This document shows positions 20,725 through 28,828 of a DNA stretch of 64,000 nt, in pieces. Under the pieces are notes generated by a model, which saw nothing but the letters and a program-made list of their open reading frames with translations, ran no database searches and was not told where the DNA came from. Position numbers and translations under genes: made by a program. Numbering within the stretch: position 1 is the stretch's first letter; every line of letters starts with the position of its first letter. Origin of the DNA: Candidatus Poribacteria bacterium (GTDB taxonomy: Bacteria > Poribacteria > WGA-4E > WGA-3G); NCBI GenBank assembly GCA_965197475.1, contig CBDANF010000003.1, positions 3,296,001 through 3,360,000 of the forward strand, written 5' to 3'.

Positions 20725-21525
20725 ATGAACCGCAAGAAGGATACCGCTTACGGTATCACTCGGCTCGAATCCAAGAATGCCAGAGCCGCGATTATTCAGA
20801 AGATTTCAGCAGACTTTAATCTAATGCCTCTCGTTGCTGAAGCCTACTATAAACAGATTTCCACCTACTTTGAACAACACGCCGATGTGCACCTGACATC
20901 AGGGCAAATCTGCTACGAGGCAGTCGCCGCAGAGGAACCCGCAGGTAAACATATCGCTTTAGCGAAAAAAGTTTCCTGTCGGCTAACTCTCAATGACACA
21001 AACGCCGATCTTGAAGTCTTAGCGAATTATGGTCTCGCAGGACTCAGACGGCATCGGATCCTCCGATTGACCCAAGAAGCTTATGACCAAGATGCCTTAC
21101 TGAGCTACGAGGATTTAGCTGTATTATTAACCACCAGTCCTGCTACAGTCAAACGCGACATTCGACACTTGAAGCAGGATGGGTATTTCGTTATGACGCG
21201 CGGGACGAAACACGACATGGGCCCCGGCACTTCTCATAAAACCCAGGTCCTGGAGTTATATTTCAAAGCCTATACCTTCACCGAAATCGAGAAAAAGACG
21301 AACCACAGCGAACGAGCTGTCTACCGCTACTTGAAAGACTTTACACAAGTCGCTACGCTCCATCATCAAGGCTTTCCTAACGCACAGATACGCCTGATCA
21401 CCCATCTATCTGACCGGTTGATCCGCGAGTATCTCTCACTCTATGAGGAATACCAACACACAGATCGCATAACCCAACTCCTTCACCCAGAACCTGAGGA
21501 CACAAAAAAGGGGGACCTCTCATGA
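20725..21525 (+). CDS. DUF1670-like HTH protein A
   Basis: GGAGG RBS, ATG 20725. RILRLTQEAYDQDALLSYEDLAVLLTTSPATVKRDI...TRG..HDMGPGTSHK...HSERAVYRY. Confidence 0.8.
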   Translation: MNRKKDTAYGITRLESKNARAAIIQKISADFNLMPLVAEAYYKQISTYFEQHADVHLTSGQICYEAVAAEEPAGKHIALAKKVSCRLTLNDTNADLEVLANYGLAGLRRHRILRLTQEAYDQDALLSYEDLAVLLTTSPATVKRDIRHLKQDGYFVMTRGTKHDMGPGTSHKTQVLELYFKAYTFTEIEKKTNHSERAVYRYLKDFTQVATLHHQGFPNAQIRLITHLSDRLIREYLSLYEEYQHTDRITQLLHPEPEDTKKGDLS

Positions 21526-22406
21526 GCAAACCTCTAACCCGCACGCAAATCAACGAGAAGAAATTCAGACGCATCAACGATAAGTCCCTACGACAGTTGC
21601 TCATTCACCGCTTTCTCAATGACTATGGTTATGACAAAGGCGAAGTCACTGCCACCGCCATTGTTGATGATATTCTTAAGACCGTTGAAGACTATTTCGT
21701 GATTACCCTTCCTTTGGAGAAACTCGCCACCGGCGATCAACTCCCGGATGAGCGTTTCTTGAGTTATGGACAACTCGTTTGGATGGCCGTCCCTATTGAA
21801 GAGCATCCAGAAAGAGGAAAGTCCATCGTCAAAACCCGCATGAAACCCGTCATCCTGACTTACCTCGCCGCAGAGGATATTGAATCCTTTCGCAACGGTT
21901 TCACCTCCCGGCAATTGCGGATCAATCGCTTGGTCCGCTGGTGTCATCAAGCTTATGACCAAGGGGCATTATTGACACAACTCGACTTGGCAGTTTTGCT
22001 CAATGTCTGCGATGCCGTTGTCTGTGATTATGTTAATGAATGGCAAAAAACCACTGGAGAACTCTTGCCCACCCGTGGCAATATCCATGACTTATCGGGG
22101 GCTATTACCCATAAGAAAGAGATCATAACCCTCTATCTTCAAGGACATCTCACCCCCAGGATTGCCGCAAAGACCAAACACTCTAAGGAGGCAGTTGACC
22201 GATACATTCGCGATTATGAGAGCGTCAAAGTCGTTCGGAAAGCAACCGCAGATATTGATAAAATCTCACAGATTACACGACTTTCTAAACGCGTCATCTC
22301 TCAATATCTCGACCTCATACCGCAGCACCAACTCCAAGCCATAGATGCAGACCTTGCCAATTCAGACTCAAACGATGAAGCCACTCACCAAGGAGAAGCC
22401 CAATGA
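21522..22406 (+). CDS. DUF1670-like HTH protein B (paralog of A)
   Basis: ATGA overlap with A. RLVRWCHQAYDQGALLTQLDLAVLL...PTRGNIHDLSGAITHK...HSKEAVDRY. Confidence 0.8.
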   Translation: MSKPLTRTQINEKKFRRINDKSLRQLLIHRFLNDYGYDKGEVTATAIVDDILKTVEDYFVITLPLEKLATGDQLPDERFLSYGQLVWMAVPIEEHPERGKSIVKTRMKPVILTYLAAEDIESFRNGFTSRQLRINRLVRWCHQAYDQGALLTQLDLAVLLNVCDAVVCDYVNEWQKTTGELLPTRGNIHDLSGAITHKKEIITLYLQGHLTPRIAAKTKHSKEAVDRYIRDYESVKVVRKATADIDKISQITRLSKRVISQYLDLIPQHQLQAIDADLANSDSNDEATHQGEAQ

Positions 22407-22473
22407 GACCCTAATCCTATGTTCCCGACGAACTTTACTTCGCAAAACCGGGGCAGGTGCCTTGAAAATATGG

Positions 22474-22502
22474 TTGACAACCGCTACTGGTTTTGCTATA
22501 CT
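22474..22502 (+). promoter_or_regulatory. Near-consensus sigma70 promoter in the right end of the DUF1670 element
   Basis: TTGACA (22474-22479)-17 bp-TATACT (22497-22502), with TGn extended -10. Confidence 0.7.
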
Positions 22503-22508
22503 TTAGAC

Positions 22509-22634
22509 ACGTTTATCGCTAAACGCATCATTTCTCAAAGAGGATGCTCGCGATCCCAACGCAACCCACTCATCAACGATCGCTGGGAAGCCAATAAACA
22601 TCAGCCTTCCAGCTATCCTATGGTCATTTGATAC
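22509..22634 (+). ncRNA. Candidate structured ncRNA (~125 nt)
   Basis: Directly downstream of the promoter; four consecutive hairpins; no credible ORF or RBS. Confidence 0.4.
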
Positions 22635-22882
22635 TATTTCAGAATCAACATTTTGCGCGTAGCCGTGTAATCCCCAGCTTTGAGCATATAGAAATAAACA
22701 CCACTCGCCACGCGTTCACCGATTTCGTTTCTGCCATTCCAATGGATAGCACGGGCACGGCTCCGATACATACCCGCAGGCTGATGCCCTAACGTTATCT
22801 CCCGCACCACGATGCCACGCATATTGAAAATCGTCAGCGACACCTTCGCAGGTTTTGCAAGCTGATAAGGTATCCACGTTTC
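22634..22882 (-). pseudogene. Orphan remnant of a FlgD/T9SS-like C-terminal domain
   Basis: ETWIPYQLAKPAKVSLTIFNMRG...VASGVYFY...TRKMLILK*, preceded in frame by TAG, with no start or RBS. Confidence 0.8.
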
Positions 22883-22901
22883 CTACCGCTATTGTTAGAA
22901 A

Positions 22902-24242
22902 TTATTCTTGCACTTTCAAATCTGCCCAACTTGTAGTCCGTTTACCTTTCGCAGACACAAGACCTTTTAATCGAACAGTTGCTAACCGTTCCTGTTCCCC
23001 AGCATGCGACACATCTTCTATCCGATAATAGTAGAAGGTATTCGGTTTAGCGGTGGTATCTGTCCACGTGTATTCATTGCGTTCACCTGTAGTGCCAGCA
23101 CCTTGAATGAGTTCGGTGTTGACAACTTTGAATTCACCGTCCTTTGTTGGACTGCGGTAGATGTAAAAACCCGCGTTATCTACCTCCGACTCCGTTGTCC
23201 ATTTGAGGATAATGCCTGCATCGGTGTGTTCGGCACTGAAATGGGATAGGGTAACTGGCAATGCTTCCCTGCGACTTTTAAGATAGATTTTTATACCCGG
23301 ATTCTGTTCCAATAGCGCGAGGAGCGGTTTTCGGTTCTTAATCGGATTGTCGTAAACGTATAATGTTTTGAGATTTGTGAGTTCTGTGAGGGGACTCACA
23401 TCACTAATTTGGTTGCCATAAAGCCTTAAACTCGTGAGATTTGTCAACGCAGCGAGTGGGCTAATGTCCGTGATTTGATTGTTAGCAAGATCTAAACTTG
23501 TCAGATTTGTCAACGCAGCGAGTGGGCTAATGTCCGTGTCCGTGAGTTGATTTTTAGAAAGACCTAATCCTGTCAGATTTGTCAACGCAGTGAGTGTGCT
23601 AATGTCCGTGAGTTGGTTGCCATCAAGCCATAAACCTGTCAGATTTGTCAACTCAGTGAGAGGATTTATGTCTGCGATTTGATTATGACGAAGCAATAAA
23701 CTTGTCAGATTTGTCAACTCGGCGAGCGGACTGATGTCCGTGATTTGATTAGTGCTAAGGTATAATGTTGTTAATTTTGTTAGCCCTGATAGTGGTGTGA
23801 GATCACTCACGTTATTGCCTCCCATTTGTATATACTCCAGATTTATCAATTCTGCCAAGGGTTTGATGTCCATGATTTCATTAGAAGCCATCTGTAAGTA
23901 TGTTAATTTTGTTAGCCCTGATAGTGGCGTTATATCGCTAACTTCCGTACGATGGATGTCAAGTCTTGTCAAATTAATTGCGTATTCAAGCCCTATAATG
24001 TTTTTTTCTCTGTCAGCACCGGGCTTAAGGACAACGATGTCAAGTTCCGTTAACCTTTCCATATCCTGTTTTGTGATTATGCAATTAGATGGCTTATTAA
24101 ATACTTTACAAAGTCTCGCTTTTAAAGTTGGGTCCGGTATTGAAATCTCTTGGGCTGCCGTTTCTGACACAAAACCGTTTGGTACAAACGCAAGTGTTAC
24201 AAAGATGAGGAGTGTCAATGTGAAATAGCGTTTCGTTTTCAT
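22902..24242 (-). CDS. Secreted internalin-like LRR protein with C-terminal Ig/FN3-like domain
   Basis: AAGGAG RBS; signal peptide; 22-aa repeats NQITDISPLAALTNLTSLxL; LPVTLSHF...WTTESEVDNAGF; tail KGKRTTSWADLK. Confidence 0.9.
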   Translation of the reverse strand: MKTKRYFTLTLLIFVTLAFVPNGFVSETAAQEISIPDPTLKARLCKVFNKPSNCIITKQDMERLTELDIVVLKPGADREKNIIGLEYAINLTRLDIHRTEVSDITPLSGLTKLTYLQMASNEIMDIKPLAELINLEYIQMGGNNVSDLTPLSGLTKLTTLYLSTNQITDISPLAELTNLTSLLLRHNQIADINPLTELTNLTGLWLDGNQLTDISTLTALTNLTGLGLSKNQLTDTDISPLAALTNLTSLDLANNQITDISPLAALTNLTSLRLYGNQISDVSPLTELTNLKTLYVYDNPIKNRKPLLALLEQNPGIKIYLKSRREALPVTLSHFSAEHTDAGIILKWTTESEVDNAGFYIYRSPTKDGEFKVVNTELIQGAGTTGERNEYTWTDTTAKPNTFYYYRIEDVSHAGEQERLATVRLKGLVSAKGKRTTSWADLKVQE

Positions 24243-24425
24243 GTGTTAGTTCTCCTTTTGGAAACTGTTATACCATATCTAATTGACAAATTGTCATAGT
24301 AACTTGTAGGGAATCAACGCCTCATCCGCGTATGGCATTTGGCGTTGATTCAAAGGATTGGGTTTTGTGCCGAAAACTTGATAAAACGTTAGAGTAGGTG
24401 GGACAGAAAATTTGGGCGAGTTCGA

Positions 24426-25301
24426 TTAGCAATCTACCTCTTTTCCCTCACTCCCGTACACTTCCATCCGTTCTTGTGTGGTAATATCTTCCGAACTTGC
24501 AGGTTTATAATGAAACTGCAATGCGCGGCGGCGTTGCGAGGAGTGGTTAACAGGACTTCCGTGATGGGTCAATCCGTGCCAGAATAGACAACCTCCCGGT
24601 TGAAGCGGCACCATCGTATCGCGAGCAACAGGAACATCTGTATCGCAGATCTGCCAATCTCGCCTTTTGAAGTGAATCATCGGTCCCTCGCTATGAGACC
24701 GAGGAATGATGTGCATGCACCCGTTTTCAGGTGTAGCTTCGTCTAAGGCGATCCACACGCCGACAACAGTTGTTCCGTGTTCCAAATTAAAATAGGCACA
24801 ATCTTGATGCCACGGTTTTTCGGAACCGAAACGCGGCGGCTTAACCAACGCCATGTCTTGAAAAAGCGCAGGTTTGTCATCCATAATTCGTTCCAGCACA
24901 TTGAGAAGTCCGGAGTGTGCTGCCATAGCGTTCAGACGTGGCTCATAATTTACGTAGTTGAAAATTTTTCTGATCGCATCGCGGCGTTTATCAGCGTTCA
25001 TCTCATCCTTGAGTTTCGCGAGTTTTGGCTCAAATTGGATTGCTCGAAAGTCGGAGTTTTTTCCATCCATCAGATGCACCATACCTGCTATAGCATCCTG
25101 GACTTCATCCGGGGTAAAGGCATCTTCAATGACAAGGTATCCGTGCTGATGAAAATATTCGATACCCGCATCGGTTACCCCTGCAAAACTGCCAGAGATG
25201 CTATTGGCTACTGTATCAAAGTGATATAGGTCATCGGGATACAGAATTGGTGTTAGTGTCGTAGCAACGTCTTGCGGTTTATCTATTTCTTGATGATTCA
25301 T
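24426..25301 (-). CDS. Phytanoyl-CoA dioxygenase (PhyH) family Fe(II)/2OG dioxygenase
   Basis: KPWHQD, VWIALDEATPENGCM..IPRSH, HGLTHHGS..N.S...RRA. Confidence 0.9.
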   Translation of the reverse strand: MNHQEIDKPQDVATTLTPILYPDDLYHFDTVANSISGSFAGVTDAGIEYFHQHGYLVIEDAFTPDEVQDAIAGMVHLMDGKNSDFRAIQFEPKLAKLKDEMNADKRRDAIRKIFNYVNYEPRLNAMAAHSGLLNVLERIMDDKPALFQDMALVKPPRFGSEKPWHQDCAYFNLEHGTTVVGVWIALDEATPENGCMHIIPRSHSEGPMIHFKRRDWQICDTDVPVARDTMVPLQPGGCLFWHGLTHHGSPVNHSSQRRRALQFHYKPASSEDITTQERMEVYGSEGKEVDC

Positions 25302-25312
25302 AGAATTACTCC

Positions 25313-26326
25313 TTAAATTTCGCCTTGACCTTCGCGTTCAAGTGATGTCAAGAAATCGTTAACTCGATTGACAGCGGCTTGTGCGCGTTCGCGCGCTGAT
25401 TCGCTTTTCTCCTCTTCAGCCACCCACTGCTGTCGTTTTGGAAGCCATCCGGTTTGGAGATAATTAAGCTGATTCATGAAATGCGGGTCTTCTGTCTCAC
25501 TGACAAAATACTCAATGATACCGAGTAATCCGTATTTGCGATTGATCTCCATATCCTCTAATTCACCCACCATTTGGGCAAAGAGTTGCTGATTCCGATC
25601 TTGTCGGGCTTGCGCGACTTCACGTGACGACTCGGTTAGCAGTTTGTCAACAAATTCCTGCTTGGAATTAATCCAACGTGGCAAATTTCTGACATACTCC
25701 TCTAAATCAAAATTTCCGCGTTGAAGTGCGAAATACGCGTGGATATGGATATTACGGAAAAAGCCGGTATATCCAATATTTGGATCCATGGTATCTGCAT
25801 CATATAGAATCTGGTTTTCGATGCTGCTATACAACAGCTTAAAGTCTTCAGCAGTCAGATTCATCGGCTTCAGGTGTGCCAAAACGACAGATGTTGCGGC
25901 TTCCACAAACGCCGGTTCAAAATCGTACATCGCCAAAATGTTTTCAGTGATCACTGCCCCAGATTCGTGATGTACCTTTCCGTGAAGATTGTGTTTATTG
26001 TAAAGTTCTGTGACAATGTTTTTTCCCGCCGGAGTAAGCATTTCGTTTAGCCAGAAGCCGTTATGGTCAAGAATACGTTTTCCGTTGTCATCCGTCAAGA
26101 TAACACCATCGTAACGTTTCGTGATGTCGTGTAGGGTTCCAGCGACCTCCAGCAGCTTGACATCACCGCCTTCGCGTCTACCGAGTTCCATGCTCATTGC
26201 GCGGACGCGCATTGTGTGGTTCCACGTATAGTGCCGCCATTGGAATCCAACTCGGTTATGTTCCCAAAGACCAAAAGTTTCAGTTACCAGTGTTTCCAAT
26301 TCATTCAAGACTTGGGCGTAATTCAT
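25313..26326 (-). CDS. HD-domain protein
   Basis: HTMRV...LHDITK...HH..G...H...LYDADTMD. Confidence 0.8.
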   Translation of the reverse strand: MNYAQVLNELETLVTETFGLWEHNRVGFQWRHYTWNHTMRVRAMSMELGRREGGDVKLLEVAGTLHDITKRYDGVILTDDNGKRILDHNGFWLNEMLTPAGKNIVTELYNKHNLHGKVHHESGAVITENILAMYDFEPAFVEAATSVVLAHLKPMNLTAEDFKLLYSSIENQILYDADTMDPNIGYTGFFRNIHIHAYFALQRGNFDLEEYVRNLPRWINSKQEFVDKLLTESSREVAQARQDRNQQLFAQMVGELEDMEINRKYGLLGIIEYFVSETEDPHFMNQLNYLQTGWLPKRQQWVAEEEKSESARERAQAAVNRVNDFLTSLEREGQGEI

Positions 26327-26343
26327 AAAGACCTCATTTTTTA

Positions 26344-27099
26344 TTAGTCGTTGTACTCAACACGGATAAGTGACAACCCGTGTGCCGGGGCTGATGCACC
26401 CGCTAATGCTCTGTCCTTTGCTTCTAAAATGCTGTGGAACTGAGCACATGCATTATCCAAATTGCCAGAAGCGTGTTTCACGCATTTCAGGATTGTGCCG
26501 ACAATAGCACGAACCATGCCTCGCAAAAACGAATCCGCTTCAATTTCAAAGTAAACGTATTTATCTACCTTCCAACAGCAAGCTTCAAAAATCTCACACA
26601 CAGGGTTCAACCTATCACTCCCGGTTTTTTGGAAAGAAGAAAAATCGCATTTTCCAACGATGCTTTGGCAGAGGGCATCTGCTGACTTCACGTCAATTGC
26701 CGCGGGGTAGAAATAAGCAGTGTGCCGCAAAAGTGCTGAAGGGTACGCTCGATTTAAAATCGTATACCGATACCGCCGACTTGTTGCACTAAACCGCGCA
26801 TGAAAATCTGCTGACACCTCTATTGCTGAAGAAACAACAATGTCACGCGGTAAAAGGGCATTAAGCCCTTTCTGAAAAGCAATAATCGGAATTTGTGAAT
26901 CTGTATGAAAGTTTGCTACCTGTCCCTCAGCGTGAACACCAGTATCTGTTCTGCCCGCTCCGATAATTTGTATCTGCGTTTTGGTTAACTGTGTCAATGC
27001 CTTCTCAACTGTACCCTGTACAGTCGGAAGATTCGGTTGCGTCTGCCATCCGTGGTAATTGGTGCCATCATATTCAAGCACAAGTTTAATATTTCGCAT
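26344..27099 (-). CDS. truA: tRNA pseudouridine(38-40) synthase
   Basis: EYDGTNYHGWQ, GAGRTDTGVHA, FHARFSA, FLRGMVR. Confidence 0.97.
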   Translation of the reverse strand: MRNIKLVLEYDGTNYHGWQTQPNLPTVQGTVEKALTQLTKTQIQIIGAGRTDTGVHAEGQVANFHTDSQIPIIAFQKGLNALLPRDIVVSSAIEVSADFHARFSATSRRYRYTILNRAYPSALLRHTAYFYPAAIDVKSADALCQSIVGKCDFSSFQKTGSDRLNPVCEIFEACCWKVDKYVYFEIEADSFLRGMVRAIVGTILKCVKHASGNLDNACAQFHSILEAKDRALAGASAPAHGLSLIRVEYND

Positions 27100-27241
27100 T
27101 ATGTCACGCTAAACGTTGAAGCACGCTAATACATACAGATTATCACATACTGTATTTAGGTGTCAAATCAAATTTTTAATTTTGGCAATCTGTTATCGCA
27201 TAGGAAATGGGTGCATCTATTATGGATATATGATACGATAA

Positions 27242-27571
27242 TACCATTTCTAAGAGATTGTGTTGCATTATTTCGTCCGTCGGGTAGAGCTTGCGGTACC
27301 CTTATGCGTCAATTTTAGTGTTATGCGGTGGAAAAAATGGACACCTGTCGCCCCTCTGGGGCTTGGTAAACACAGACATCAGCTGCTGGACACCTCATGC
27401 AGCATGCCATACGCGCATGCTGCCTCTCCGAGGCTATAGTCAATCGTATCTCAGCACCAGCGGTGCGGAAGGTGTATAGAAAAGTATACCACAAGAAACC
27501 AAGCACCAGCGGTGCGAAAGGTGTATGGTATAAAACAAGCTATTATGATATTTTGTCAATTAGATATGGTA
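27242..27571. mobile_element. MITE family C (330 bp)
   Basis: TACCATTTCTAA...TTAGATATGGTA flanked by TAA/TAA; near-identical copy at 52658-52937. Confidence 0.85.
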
Positions 27572-27615
27572 TAAGAACATATTCAGAGAATTTACTGCTG
27601 GAGGTTAAAAACATA

Positions 27616-28708
27616 ATGAGCCGCGTAAAGATTGGTGTTATCGGGTGTGGTGCAATTGCACAGGTTCATCATTTGCCGAACCTAACCCAACTTCACCGTG
27701 AGTTTGAAGTCCCGATTGTGTGTGACCTGTCGCCCGGAGCAGCGCAAGCAGCAGCGAAGAGATTCCATATTCCTGAATTCGTAACAGATTATAGCAAACT
27801 CTTAGACAGTGATGTTGATGCGGTGCTGCTGTGTCATGGAGACCCGAAAACGGAAGTTGCACTTGCGGCGTTTGAAGCAGGGAAGCATGTCTTTATTGAG
27901 AAACCGGTTTGCTTTTCATTGCAAGAGGTTGATGCGATGATTGATGCACAACAAAAAGCGGGAACAGTTGGACAAGCGGGTTATATGAAGGTGCATGACC
28001 CGGCATTTCAACTCGCTAAACAGGAAGTTGATACAATGGAAAGTTATCGGTTTGTTCAGATAAATCACTTGCATCCGAACAATCGATTGCACCTTAGCCA
28101 ATTTGACGTGGAACGTTTCGACGATTTGCCACCAGATGCGTTCGCCCCTGCACATGCTGCGCGTGAAGTAGCACGCTCAGAAGCGATTGGCGATGTATCG
28201 CCAGAAGCACAACGTGCATTTTTTTTTGCTGTCTGGCAGTATGATTCACGATATCTACAGCTTGCGCGTGATGCTTGGTTCACCGAGTGAAGTGATAAGT
28301 GCTGAAGTATGGTCTGGTGGGCAAGGCGTGTGCATTGTTTTTGGCTTTCCGAACGGTGCGCGTTGCATTGCTACTTGGGTAGACCTGCCTGATCTGTGGG
28401 ACTTTAAAGAGACATTAGAAATCTACGGCGATAACAAACGAGTATTAGTGTCTTATCCAACCGGTTTTTCACGAGGAATTTTGTCGGAGGTGACAATACA
28501 AGGTATAGATGCAGATGGAACAACTTATAGTAAAACACCTGCTATTGAATGGGAGAGCGCGTTTGTGCGGGAACTCCGCCATTTTCATACGTGTATCACG
28601 GAAGGTGAGGCGTGTTATACTCCTCTTGAATCTGCGCGTAAAGATATTGAACTCATTATTAACATTGTCAAATGTTATGTGGATCGGTCACCAATAAGAT
28701 GTGAATAG
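27616..28708 (+). pseudogene. Gfo/Idh/MocA oxidoreductase, frameshifted in a T9 run (28219-28227)
   Basis: MSRVKIGVIGCGAIA...GKHVFIEKP. T8 would fuse it to ...FFLLSGSMIHD...ELRHF. Confidence 0.85.
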
Positions 28709-28774
28709 CATCTGTAATCGGGTTTACATATACCTACTTCAAGAACTCAAAATCAAAAATTGGATAGTGGAATG

Positions 28775-28808
28775 AAATATGGGCAGGCACTATGACCTGC
28801 CCATATTT
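28775..28808. terminator. Hairpin between convergent genes
   Basis: AAATATGGGCAGG-cactatga-CCTGCCCATATTT. Confidence 0.75.
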
Positions 28809-28828
28809 AGGATAAATGTGCGTTACTA

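Larger units (their letters stand above)
20631..22634 (+). mobile_element. Putative novel IS-like element (2004 bp) encoding a DUF1670-like gene pair
   Basis: Perfect 13-bp inverted repeats GTATCAAATGACC (20631-20643) and GGTCATTTGATAC (22622-22634) bracket exactly two coupled ORFs; no target duplication visible. Confidence 0.7.

Noticed and set aside
22419-22631. 70-aa ORF as a third gene of the DUF1670 element
   Set aside because: No RBS, overlaps the promoter and hairpins, no protein-like features
27291-27615. ORFs within MITE C, including the N-terminal extension of the oxidoreductase and 52679-52990
   Set aside because: Spurious frames in a repeat; the real start is ATG 27616 with a GAGG RBS
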